Assembly: GCA_951406725.2 (NCBI GenBank) | Contig: OX597825.1 | Span: 60,636,001-60,700,000 of the forward strand | Direction: 5' to 3' | DNA from: Octopus vulgaris | Taxonomy: Eukaryota | DNA: 64,000 nt | Shown here: positions 48,301 to 61,917 of the stretch, one piece after another | How positions within the stretch are numbered: the stretch's first letter is position 1 | How the letters are laid out: each line of letters opens with the position of its first letter | Position numbers and translations under genes: made by a program | The notes under the pieces: model-generated | What the model saw: only the letters and a program-made list of their open reading frames with translations | What the model was told of the DNA's origin: nothing | Database searches by the model: none

Positions 48301-49261
48301 CTTATCTGTCTTAATATTGTTATTTTTACTTATTTTGTGTTCATTGCTAAGATTATAAGTATTCTCATATTTCTCTAATGTTATTACTTTTATTATTATC
48401 ATTGTGTTTTTTTCATTTTACTGGGTTGCTGTTGTATGAATTTATGTGTGTGTGCGTGTGTGTGTATGTATGCGTGTGTGTGCTAGTGTATGTTTATATA
48501 TATACGTCATGTTTATCTACTTTTTATTACTTATTTTGTCGTCAGCTAATTAAGCAGTAACTGACAGCTAGGCTGAATTACAACAAACGGATTACTTTAT
48601 CGATCATCTGTATTGTCTTTATGAAGCCAGCGTTCAAGAAATTACTGTTGTTGAGAGCGCAATCTATTTGTTATGCAAACAATATGCAATATAATATTAT
48701 CCAGAAAATTCTTTCAAATGAATTACATTAACGTAAGGAAATATACTTCAATTAATGTAATATGAAATTTAACTCTTATAATTAAAAGTGTTTTTAATGA
48801 CATCAGAAATACGTGGAATTGGAAAATTTGCATTGAAAACACATATTGTTTGAATAGAACTTTCTATTAACTGAAATATCGACAAAGGGAAGAGTTTTGA
48901 GTCATTTTAATACTTTTTGAATTAACGGTCAGTTAGATGAAATGTGAATAGTGAATTCGATTATGAATGTTGCATTAAACATTAATGTATTAATAATAGG
49001 GTAAAGTTTGGAAAAATATCGAAATTCTTTAACTTTTCAAGCGACTGAGTTTTTGTTCTATTTAGCTTTTGTTAGAATTCATTTACACTAATTCAATTAA
49101 AGTTTCTGTTTATATTTTGGTTTCTTGCTATTCGTTGTTAGATTTTTCTTCTTATTATTCTTCTCTTATTTCAATGTCTTCGTTCAAAGACAACACACAA
49201 GGAATTTCCTTACCTGAAACTTTATTTGCTTTTTTTTTTACTTTTGCGATTCGTTTGCATT

Positions 49262-49295
49262 TATTATAACATTATTATTATTATTATTATTATTA

Positions 49296-49356
<61 letters not shown>

Positions 49357-49390
49357 CATTATTATTATTTTTATTATTATTGTTATTCTT
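49262..49390. repeat. (ATT)n microsatellite
   Basis: Directly visible. Confidence 0.95.
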
Positions 49391-49734
49391 CTTCTAATAC
49401 ACATAAGCGTTTCTGTGTTTGATTTACAGATGAGACACTAATGATGAAACAATAGAACCATTAAATAATGCGAAGACAAAGAACAGTCTCTTCTCAACAA
49501 CGGCCAAGAGTGTCAGTCGGCAAATGAATATAATGCAAACATATATTTCAGTAGCGAACAAACACGAGCGGATTTCAGCAATGTGTTATTCAAATACAAT
49601 TAAGTACTTTCATTCTGACACCTATCATTGTTTCTTACTGTCGTAGTATCTATTTATTTTTCACTTCTCACATTTAACCCCGTATCTTTAAAGTAAAACC
49701 AATAAAACAAATTTTTAGAATATTTCTCATATTA

Positions 49735-50470
49735 TACAAGGTGAGGCTGAAAAATTGTCATATCAAGGTTAGGAAATTTTGCATGCCTCAATTTCATCAC
49801 CATTCATAATGGAATTGTTTCGTTCCTAGTAAACAGACACCTGACTGTTCAAAGAAGACTTCAAAAGTAACTAGTAGCGACTTCTCTTGAAAATCGAAAA
49901 AAGTTCGCATCGTGGTGTTAAGTACCAGCAGAGAAAGAGTTATGGTGAAGATGAGCCAAGGTCTGGACGTCGTGCAACTGGCACCACCAAGGAAAACATT
50001 GGTCGTTCACCACATGCTAATGGATGATAGGCGATTGTCTATAAATGCAGTAGCCAAATCTATTAGCATATCCCGTGAGAGATTTGAGAACATTCTGCAT
50101 AATGGTCCTAGCATAACGAAGGTTTCTATTAGGTCTTTGCCACGTCTTCTGACACTTGTTCAAAACCGAAGCGGACTGATCCAATCACGGGAAAAATCTG
50201 ACGTTGTTTGAATTAGATCCAACTGGTTTTCTAAGCCAGTATAGCTACTGTGCATGACTGTGGCTTTGAACAAGTTGATCATTCTCCCCAGTCTCCTGAT
50301 ATAGCTCCATCTGACTTCCATCTGTTACCCAACAGGAATAAACACTTGGCTGCGAACCAGTATCGCAGTGATAATGATGTCATATCTAGTGTTGATGACT
50401 TATTTGACTAACAGGTTGAAAACTTCTCCAATTAGATGCAAACACTGCAAAACCGATAGGAAAAGTGTGT
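49735..50470 (+). mobile_element. Internally deleted mariner related to 40900-42740
   Basis: Starts tacaaggtgaggctgaaaa. Contains HHMLMDDRRLSINAVAKSISISRERFENILHN and DHSPQSPDIAPSDFHLLP. Confidence 0.8.
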
Positions 50471-50769
50471 AATTATATTCCAGGAAAATCTCTTGGTTAA
50501 CCTGGCTGTTTTTCAGCCGACGCCCGTATCACCTAATTTTACTGTAGTTCTAACTATACCTCATCTATTATATGTTCTTCATGTTGTTGTAGATGTGGCC
50601 GTTGTTGAACTTGATGTTACCTCTACACACATATCCAGCCTCTGCACACTCACACGCATATATAATTATGTACGTACATTTATCTATCTATCTATATCTC
50701 TTTCTCTCTCTGCACATATATATATAAATATATATAAGAGACCAAAGAAGTTTGTTTACGTCGCTATAT

Positions 50770-51493
50770 TTTTATATATAAAAAATACAAAAATAAAACA
50801 AGACCGCAAAACATCCAGACAGACGATACAAAGAAAACAAGGACAGTTCATTCGGAGTTTTCTATCCTCAGTCAAGTTCCAGATTATCTTTGCAATTTCG
50901 GTTGGTTATACTTGAGATTGCTCCAACCTGGCCAGCCACAAGGAAAAACTAAGCTAAGAGCATTATATTCCTTGGAAGAAAGCAGTGAATGTATACGAAT
51001 ACAAGGACGGAAAAAAACGGAGAAATGTTACACAAATACAAATGCAAATATCAGGACATAACAACAGGTGTCTTTCGACTAAGGACGAATTAAATTTAGC
51101 TGACGTGTGTGGAAGTAAAGCCTTACAGCAGCGATAAGATTTGACAGACACAGGAGGAATATAGATGTTGCACGGCTGGTAGTCGAATGAAGAAAGAAAG
51201 GTCAGGCTTGGCCGAACACCGGTCACGTGGGGACAGAAGAGAGAAAGGTGGAGGCAGCGGGCTAGAAGAATTAAGGAGGGACGAGAAACAATGAAAGGAA
51301 CAGAGTGAAGTGAAAGAGGGGAGAAAGTGAGCATGAAGAGAAGGCCAGGAAACGTGAGAGAAGAGAACGAAAGAACGAAGTGTGAAATGAACCAAGACAC
51401 ATGTTGCTATGTCCTGTTATTTTTCTCGACCCACTTTAATTCTTCTATCCCTCTGCCTCTACCTTTATCTCTCCTCTCCCTACGTGACCGGTG
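50770..51493 (-). mobile_element. Probable Penelope-like terminal region with an inverted partial duplication
   Basis: 51217-51303 is repeated inverted at 51408-51493. The region is non-coding and starts at a TA-rich site. The class assignment is inferred from this architecture. Confidence 0.5.
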
Positions 51494-51695
51494 AATCAAT
51501 TTGCATAATTTTTATTAAACTGTCCTTCAGTCATTCTCTAAATAAAGATGGATAAAATACTTAAATTGGATCCATGTTCATATTAATACTATATAGTAGA
51601 AAACATTGAAAACGTTATATTCATGTCCGCAAACCTTTGATTAAAACCAGTTGAAGAGCATGCATACATACATACAAACATACATAAATATTTAA

Positions 51696-51746
<51 letters not shown>

Positions 51747-51975
51747 CATACATACACATTCGTAAATAAAATTATATATATCTATATACGTACATACATA
51801 TATAAGCAGGCATGCACACACATATACCACGAATTATGTACACACGAGTATATATAATGTGATTGATAGTTTCAATGTGAAAGTGACAATTTAAAGGTGT
51901 GTAAGCAAAAAAAGAAGTGGTTTGCGGAATAGTGATGATAGGAAGCAATTAGCTATTGCACCCCAAACGTTGCTG

Positions 51976-52013
<38 letters not shown>

Positions 52014-52066
52014 ACTATATGCATATATATATGCATATATGTAGATACCTACATACATATGTATAC

Positions 52067-52117
<51 letters not shown>

Positions 52118-52934
52118 TATATGAGTACAGGACATCAAAAAAGCGTTGGACACAATGAGAAACGAAAATCTGAAAACAAAAACATAGAAAATGAACTTTG
52201 TTTTCGAACAACGAAAATAAACAGAGAAACGAGACATGCAACATAAAGAATATTCTCCTTCATCAGTTGTCCCTGTTTCATCTACTCCGAGTTTCGAATA
52301 TATCGTAATATTTCTCGCACTTATTTTTACCTACTCTCTCGTTCACAAAGACACTTAAGTAACGCTTCCTAAACTGCTCCCTCACCTATTTCCCTTGGCG
52401 CACTTCCGCTCATCTGTTTTGATTCGCATTATTTCTATTCTGATTTTGTCGGTCATTCAGATTTATACATTTTTATCCTACACTTAATTTCTATTTCGAC
52501 GCTTGACAAATATCTGACACGACAACATGTCTTGTCCTTCACAGCGTAATTACATTAACCTTCTACTCTTGTGTGTTGTTTTCTTACATTTCTACGCTAT
52601 TTTTCCTCGTATCGTGAGCTGAATATACAAATATGAAATATCGTATTTCTGAAGACCTAACCCCGATCTCTGTTACTAGATGCTTGGCTCCCAAAATACA
52701 GACACACATATATATATACATAAAGACATTTACGGTCACACACTTACACATATATACACACACATATGTGTATTAAGATTTTGTATGTCAATATATTCTA
52801 ATCAGTTGGAACTAGTTCCAATTATAGCAAATCGTAATATGAGTGCAGTTAAAATTGCTATAGGTGATGTTTTAAAAATACTATTCTATACTTTTTACTG
52901 TATACTCAGCATTCCGATTGCCTCTCTCTCTTTC

Positions 52935-52984
52935 TCTCCATCCATCCATCAATCCATCCATCCATTCATCCATCCAAACCATCC

Positions 52985-53075
<91 letters not shown>

Positions 53076-53076
53076 A

Positions 53077-53115
<39 letters not shown>

Positions 53116-53136
53116 CATCCATCCATCCATCCATCC

Positions 53137-53235
<99 letters not shown>

Positions 53236-53236
53236 C

Positions 53237-53285
<49 letters not shown>

Positions 53286-53310
53286 CCTATCTGTCTGTCT
53301 GTGTATCTGA
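52935..53310. repeat. Compound tetranucleotide microsatellite (TCCA/TCTA/TCTG)
   Basis: Directly visible. It explains the 223 aa SIYL pseudo-ORF. Confidence 0.97.
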
Positions 53311-53464
53311 GATATCATCACATTGACAAGACGTATCTTATCGTGCGGTAGTCAAAACTAACAGACCATTAGTACCCGCCATAATTTGTACGTTAAACAT
53401 AGCTACCATTTATTCTTTTAATTTCTTCTTTTCACACAATTCGAAGAGAAACACAGATACATAC

Positions 53465-53640
<176 letters not shown>

Positions 53641-55017
53641 AGAAAAAGAGTGGGAGTGGTATAGAGATATGTATAAGAATATAGTGATTAAAACACTGTA
53701 GAACTTGATACTCTAATAATAAATGTTTTCACAAGACTCTGCGACTCCATTCTAAAAAAATAAAATTGTAGCGATACGCATTGCATTTTGGTTCCAATAT
53801 GGCTGTTGTCGATATTTTGGTAATATACTGTTATTAACCTATTGTATTTTTCGTTTCTTTCTGTTTTTTCTTCTTTGTATTTTGTAGCTATTGCAGTTGC
53901 TGCTATTTTTATTGAGAAGAGATGTAGTATTGGCGGTGATGGTCGGGGTTGGGACGACTTCTTTTTCCAACTCTTTCTACTCATATTTTGTTAAATGTCT
54001 TAATACATAATGTGCTTTAGCTGGATCTGATCGCTGGCTTATTCCTTCCGATTTTGCAACATCACTTTCGTAACACACATATGTGTGTGTGGTGTATGTA
54101 TGTATATATGTATATCTATGTGTTTTAAAGTATATGTGTGAATATACGTATTTGGAAGATAAACTGTATATATATTTGTAATTGATAATGTTGTAATATT
54201 ATGTAATATGATATGTCCAAGGGAATATAAAACAAAGAGAAATTTAAATCCGATATCCATGGTTCCATAAATCTCGAAGTTTGGTTGCCAAGTGATTAAA
54301 TTTTATGTTTAAAACTGATGGTGCAAATAAAACTGAGAGGATAAAATTGATGGAAACTTTTAACCCAACACCAGACGTTCTATGTTTGTGAGTAATTAAT
54401 TTTGGCAAAGTGATGATTTTCGCCTGTAGGGATTATCAATTTTTATGAGCAGAACAGTTTGGAAAAGCTTTTATTTGATCCTCTAAGTAATCAATCGATG
54501 CACTTTTCCGAAGTTATTCTAAATAATAATAACTTCAAATAAAAGTGAGTTTGTGTTATCAACGGATCATTTATCAACAATGGTGTATAAATACCACTAA
54601 ATATATTGTTGAATAATTACATTCTATGTGAATGTATTGAATCACTGCTGTTAGATATGTCCAAAATGGAAAAGCTATAACTCTTAACGTAAACTTGATC
54701 GTCTGTCAACCATTTATTCAAAGGCCATAACTTACAAGCAAAAATATGCTTATCCTTACTTTCATAATTTCCAGCTTAGCTAAAAGTAAATTTAAAACTT
54801 TGGCTCCAGCCAGAGTTTAACCCACCTCCATCTAATATAGATTAGCAGTTCAGATTTACATGTTTCTAAGCGGCATGACTCGCACAAATAGATACGAAGA
54901 GATACGCAAACGTAAAATACGCAGATAATTACAAGCACCAAACATTTACATTCACACACAAGCACACTGTATGTGTGTGTTTGTGTGTATACATGTATAT
55001 CTATCTATCTATCTATA

Positions 55018-55048
<31 letters not shown>

Positions 55049-55838
55049 TTATCTATCTATCTATGCTTTATTTATTGATATATATATTGATATACATATA
55101 TATATAAATATCAATATATGCATAAATGCATATATTCATACATACACACTCATACACACACAAACTCACTCACGTACAGACATATATATGCATACATACA
55201 TTTATGTGCATGCATACGCGTACAAAGGTATAAGTAATGTATTTATATGCATGAGGAATTACATGCACTGGACATACACTTACCAACTTATCGCTTAACA
55301 TCGGAAAATTTCCGTTTCAGTGATTCTGAACGCCATGATGCAGCTGATAAGCCTTACTGATATTGTGAAATAATAGGGTAGTGGAGTGGCAAAACTATAT
55401 AAGAGCTGCAGATTATACGCGTAGTTGCATTCAGTTACATTCCTTTGTCATTAGCAATCATATTTTACCGTTGCTGACTTGGTCTTTCTTCCTTAGGCGT
55501 CGTTAAAATACGTATTCATCCAGTAAAGGACCCAAGTCACAGCTTACAATATCATACCTTACAGAAATAACTTGTAGCCCTTTATATTTCATAGTTTAAA
55601 AGTGTTGAGAAAATTCTTAATTGATAAATACTTCGAACATAATTATTTGATCACAGATTCGCAGGGGAGGTGTTAGTCACTCAACCACCAACTCTAATTC
55701 ACTGGCATTTTTTAATCGACACTAGGAGAGGAAAGGCAAACTTTACTATATAGCATCATAATATTACGAATTGCAACTAATACTTCAATATACGCTAACG
55801 ACTCTGTTAAATCGTTAGTCGAAGATAATCATAGGAAT

Positions 55839-56001
55839 AGGCGTAGAAGTGGCTGCGTAGTAAGTAGCTTGCTTACCAACCACATGGTTCCAGGTTCAGT
55901 CCCAGTGCGTAGCACCCTGGGCAGGTGTCTTCTACTATAGCCTCGGGCCGACCAAAGCCTTGTGAGGGGATTTGGTAGACAGAAACTGAAAGAAGCCCAT
56001 C

Positions 56002-56079
<78 letters not shown>

Positions 56080-56310
56080 CTGTATGTATGTATGTATGTG
56101 TGTTTGTGTGTCTGTGTTTGTCCCCCCAACATCGATGCTGGTGTGTTTGCGTTCCCGTAACTTAGCAGTTCGGCAAAAGAGCCAGATAAAATAAGTACTA
56201 GGCTTCCAAGGAATAAGTCCTGGGGTCGATTTACTCGACTAAAGGGGGTGCTCCGTTATGGCCACAGTCAAATGGCTGAAACAAGTAAAAGAGTAAAAGA
56301 GTAAAGAGAG
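55839..56310 (+). mobile_element. SINE family A
   Basis: Matches the family, with internal (TA)n(TG)n. Confidence 0.9.
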
Positions 56311-56704
56311 AGAAACAAATAAAGAGAGTATAATAATATATAATAATGCCTTCTAATTTTAGTGAAACCAGTAATTTTGAGTGGAGAATTTTAGTCCAAC
56401 CCATTGCCCTTAGTCCATCAGCGCAACTTTATTTTATCGACCAGGAGTGGAGACTGAAACGTTTTATATTTATATATCTTTATCGTCATCGTTTTAACAC
56501 CTAATTTTCAAAGCTTGTATTGTCAGACTGGATTCGGTAAAGCAGGTTTTATACTAAGCCTCACCAGTTTTCAAGCAACGTATACTTATTTGTGTCTGGA
56601 GACGCCTCCACGAAAGACTTGAAAAAAGACATCATTACAATGACGGTGATCGGTTTATATATCTAACCTACCTACCTACATACGTACCTATCTCTTTCTT
56701 TCTT

Positions 56705-56744
<40 letters not shown>

Positions 56745-56746
56745 CA

Positions 56747-58169
56747 CAGCCTTGACCAAAAGTATTAGGCCACCCCAATGTTTTGGGGTTCTACTATCTC
56801 AATGTTAATAAAACTTGTGCACATAGTAGATTATGGTGTATTTCACAATAACCTTTAGATTTAATATCTGGTTGACCCTCCTTTAGCATCAGTTACCACT
56901 GTTATATGGTTAGGAATTGAATCAGCTTGTTTCTTGTAGGTGCTAAGCGCAATTGTACTCCATTCTTCTCTCAACTGTCGGTACTATGCCCTTTATTTTT
57001 GATTGTTGTGTTCCTGATAGCTTCATCAAGAGTTCCCCATAGGTGTTAGATCAGATTTAGATCCATGGGAACAATAATTTGTTTCTCAAGCCATTGAAGT
57101 GTGTTCATTGCTGTGTGACATGGAGCATTGTCCTGTTGAAAGATAACAGTGTTTTCCGACACTCCTGGGTGCAATGTAACAATTGATGGCTCTAAAACAT
57201 CCGATAACATAGAAACATAGGTAGCTGAATTCATCCTTCCTTGATATCGAAACATTTTTCTGGGTCCTGTGGCAGATATGCAGGCTCACACAATGATAGA
57301 ACTACCCCCATGTTTGACGGTTAGTACCAGACATTCAGCTTTAAATACTTTCCCAGCTCTGCGACACACGAAAGTTGCACCAGATGTATCGAAAACCCGA
57401 GTAAAAACGTGAAAAATAATTTTAGCTTTATGTTGGATGCTTTTCTATATATATTTTGGGCACTGGTGCAATTTGAGTTGTATTTGGCCCACTGAAGACG
57501 TTTTTCCATATTCGCTTCAGAAACCAATGGCTTCTTCCTGGCTTTACAGCCTTTCTAACTGTACTCTACAAGCCTTCTTCTAACAGTTATGGTTGATATT
57601 TGAGAAGTACTTGCCTCGTTGAAGTCCGCACAGAACTCCAACCATGTTTTTCTCCTGTTTCTGAGTACCTGATGGATGATGGATCTGTCATCACGAGGGG
57701 ATGTAACCTTTTTTCTACCAGTTCTTTGTATTGTCTTCACATCTTTTGTCTCTATGAAGTGGTTGAGAGTCATTTGTACCGCACATCGAGAACAGTTCAT
57801 CTTCTGAGCAATTTGCATTTAAGACATTCCATCTTCATGATGTGCTACGATTTGACCTCGCTCAAACTCCCTCAACTCCTTTAGGCATTTTACTGTTTAT
57901 TAACTGTATCTACAACATAGTTTAGCATAAAACTCTGAAATAATCAAGGAAACATAAGTTAATTTTGGACGTTGGCCTTACTCATAATTGGTTGCATATG
58001 TACAATACAGTATAAAAGTGGTAATTGATGCTAAAGGAGGGTCAATCAGATATCAAAACTACTGTATATTGTGAAGTATATCATAATCTAGAATGTGCAC
58101 GAGTTTCATTAACATTGAGATAGCAGAACCCCAAAACATTAGGGTGGCCTAATATCTTTGGCAAGGCTG
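56747..58169 (-). mobile_element. Tc1-family transposon with ~160 bp TIRs
   Basis: TIRs 56747-56907 and 58011-58169 (cagccttg.c.aaa..tattaggccaccc.aatgttttggggttct...). Inserted in (TA)n. Confidence 0.93.
56861..57888 (-). pseudogene. Tc1 transposase pseudogene
   Basis: ERGQIV, RTGRKKVTSPRDDRSII, TVRRRL, RLQWAK, VKHGG, FQQDNAPCH, DLNLI and DAKGGSTRY*. Several stops and frameshifts. Confidence 0.88.
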
Positions 58170-58200
<31 letters not shown>

Positions 58201-58281
58201 ATGTGTGTGTGTGTGTGTGTGTGTATGTGTGTGTGTGTGTGTACATACACATACAGACACACACACATACATATATATGTA

Positions 58282-58324
<43 letters not shown>

Positions 58325-58819
58325 CAAATAGACAGACACCAAAAGACTAAGTCAGGTGGGGGGGGGGACCAACATGCAGGTGTATTAGTTTGACGCTCGG
58401 TAAGATTGGAAAAATCTTTCACGTTTCGAGCCTACATTGAGAGCCAAGAAGTTTTGTGATTAACAGTTTAACATGATGAAATCAAAAACTATATACATAT
58501 ATATTAAACGCAGATATATTGTTGAAAACCTACTAAACTGTAGAATTCATCGGAAGAAAGTATTCTTATACAAGTCGTACAATGTTAAGTAAAATACAGA
58601 AATATATCAGTAGCAGGCTCATATCATCCAGCAACAGCGATGGCAGTGCTTAATACGTATTTCTCTTCTTTGAGCCTCGTTAGTTGTAAGTATCAATGTT
58701 GATACTTTAAGCTAATACTACTTCCGTCACTAATATAATATCATATGATATAATATAATATAACACACACATACATACACGCATAAGCATGGAGCAGTGT
58801 AGTTGAAGTATTTTGCTTA

Positions 58820-59136
58820 CTTTTTCTAGCCCTTTTCAAGCCTAGCCAGGCTCATGGGCCCGGTTTCCCGGTTTCTGTGTCGTATGTGTTCCTCCCACCA
58901 CCAGCTGGACGGGACGCCAGTCCATCGCAGCGTTACTCAAGAAACAGGAAGAGAGAGTGAGAGAAAGTTGTGACGAAAGAGTACAGCAGGGGTCGCCACC
59001 ACCCCCTGCTGGAGACTCGTGGAGCTTTTTTAGATATTTTCGATCAATAAAAACACACAACGCCCGGCCTGGGAATCGAAACCGCGATTCTACGACCGCG
59101 AGTCCGCTGCCCTACCCACTGGGTCATTGCGCCTCA
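58820..59136 (-). mobile_element. SINE family C, tail type 3
   Basis: Reverse complement of 40135-40448. Confidence 0.9.
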
Positions 59137-59739
59137 ACTTCTTAAAGTTACATGCGCATAAAACTATTAACGCATGTTTTCATCAATGCGCAAAGGAAAG
59201 AACAAATATTCAGTTTATATAATAAGGATTAATCTAAACACGTGAAAAACAAGAATTCACTCGGAGTTATTAGACATAACCCGAAAAGCATATCTGGTGA
59301 AAGCACTAGTGGTAAAATATTAAGAAAGAAAGGAAAGAGACTCAGCTTTTGTTTGAATCAATATATTTTACTTAATCTACGTCTTCAAACATTGGTTCAA
59401 GTTCGTTCAACGACTTCAAACTCAAATACAAACGTTTATAACTATAATTAAATTAGCATACTCACATAAATAACATGCGCTACAATAAAATACAAAGAAC
59501 ATGTCTTCAGCTTTTTCATAGTGTTATAAATGTAATGAATGTATTTAAGTAGATATGCATGTGCGCATGTGCATGTATGCGTGCATGTGTATGCATTTGT
59601 ATGAACATGGTGATAGTGGGTATCCGTCGTTTGGCAATGTGGAATTTGCTCTTTTAATCAATTGAGTTCCCTGCTTCAATGTTACCATGTATTATTACAC
59701 ACACGTGAGTGAGAACATTTTGAGATATTTTTGGTATCT

Positions 59740-60110
59740 AACATATGTCAGATACTGCGAGCGCTGCTTCTGATTGGTCAATCCATGGTGATGACCCGAG
59801 GTCACGGTGACAGCGCTGCTTCTGATTGGTCAATCCATGGTGATGACCCGAGGTCACGGTGACGGCACTACTTTTGTCATTCATAAGTTACAACTAAACG
59901 TGAAGAATTTAGTTATTGGGTTAATAAAATATGGTCGTTTATTTGTGTGTAATAAATAAAATACCAAACTCATTCCATATGCATACCGTATTCATTACAA
60001 CTCGTGGCTTGTAAACGTATCTAACTCGCTTTCGCTCGTTAGATACGTTTACAAGCCACTCGTAATAAATACGGTATCCATAGGGAACTCGTTTGGTATT
60101 CTCTATATAA
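59740..60110. mobile_element. Non-autonomous hairpin element (Crypton-like by inference) with a 52 bp tandem duplication
   Basis: Duplicated units at 59760-59811 and 59812-59863, and a long inverted repeat 59960-60024 / 60038-60100. Confidence 0.6.
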
Positions 60111-60813
60111 AGCATTCCGAGGAAACGTGTGTCTTTAATGCAATTATGAAATAGATTCATTATCACATAATGTGTTATAAAGCAGTTCCTTTTTGAACTT
60201 CAGATACAATCCACACCCGAACTTCTCTGCCGTTTCAATCTACCAAATTTCATTCCTAAGCCATGGCTCTGCCCGAGGCTAGAGAAAATGACATTTGTTT
60301 AAAAATCCATGCAGCATTGGGATTGAACTCACAGTCTTATGCAAAACGTGCCTCAACCATTCGATCATACTTCACCTATTATACGTATATATAATCGTAA
60401 AGTTTCAGCAGATTTCCAAGCGTTCAACCAAGCTTCAGGCCCGAAATAATTCCAAATGAAAGACTTAAAAATAAACATCACATCTCTTCCATCAAAAGAC
60501 ATTACTGCATTTTCTCTTTCATTTCGTTTGTTCTTCTTCCCCCTTCAGATATAATCGTCAATATTTTAAGTATTTTCAATTTTGGCTACTTGACCGAGTA
60601 AAGTTTTAGCACAACCACAAGATAAGTGATATTGATTTGAATGCAATTATGTGTTGATATGTCTTTATTGGCTAGACTTCTGTTAAGAGCAGGCAGAAGT
60701 ATTGGCACTAAACTGGCTGTAAGTATTCGTGGTGGGATGTAATAAATAACTTCAGAGTAAGCAGAAAGAAATTTGATAAATTATCAACTTAGTTCAATGA
60801 GCATTATACATAC

Positions 60814-60891
<78 letters not shown>

Positions 60892-60906
60892 GTGTATATA
60901 TGTACA

Positions 60907-60955
<49 letters not shown>

Positions 60956-61812
60956 TCTCTTTGTTACTAAACCGTTTTAACAACATTACTGTAGTGTTAT
61001 GGCGGCAAGAATCCCTTGCGTTTGGCTACTAAATATTGACCGACATGTTTTAAGAAAGTAAAAACGTCTATATTCTTCACCAATTGTTAAGCTATAGACG
61101 CTGATTTTGTTTCTCGCCTCCATAATCAACAATGACTGGCAGAACCAATATGTTTACATGCCTATAACGTTTAGTTGGGGTAATATAAATTTTCCGAATT
61201 ATTAACCTTATCGTCTATATTTCCATACTCAATACTAATTTCTACGTATATACATTCATTGAATTCGGGTCCTTTAAAAGACATAAGCGTTTCTTTTGAT
61301 ATAGGTTAAATATTCACTCTATATTTCCACAACAAAATTTGAGCAAACCCTTTGCAGTTACAATAGGAATTTGGTGGCAAAATATGCTTGGAATCACAAT
61401 AAACTAATTATCAAATAAAAATTTCAAATATTTATGACAATATAATACTAGCAAACTCATAGCTTAAGATTAAATTTTCTTCATTACTTTTTTCTTTTTA
61501 TCTAATGCAAAATTAACGATAACCAAGTTTCTTTATTTGTACGAGATTTCTCATTTCTTCACAACATAAATTTTTAAAGAAATGCTGTTATAATGAAATA
61601 TTAGAATTAAGGTGGATCGAGACATTTATATCTCATGAGATGTATTTACATTAGCGCTACATTTACGACCCCATTCACATTACGTGACCATTTTCAAAAT
61701 CATATTCTTTTTATTTGGTCTTTTATACATAAGCTTAAATTAAATATCCATTCGTGTTTTTATATGCAAACACACCTACAAAATTAAACCTATATAAATT
61801 CATCACTCTCTT

Positions 61813-61881
<69 letters not shown>

Positions 61882-61917
61882 TCTGCAAAAGTTTAGATTC
61901 AGATGAATATGGTACTT

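Noticed and set aside
50840-50885. CTGAGGA...GAAT...GTC on the minus strand as a hammerhead
   Set aside because: GAAA is incomplete, and there is no convincing stem I or stem II.
52250-52300. Possible type II hammerhead on the minus strand (GAAACTcggAGTA ... CTGATGA)
   Set aside because: Both core halves are present, but stems I and II do not pair in register.
52680-53351. 223 aa ORF, the longest in the track
   Set aside because: It is mostly (TCTA)n translated as SIYL repeats.
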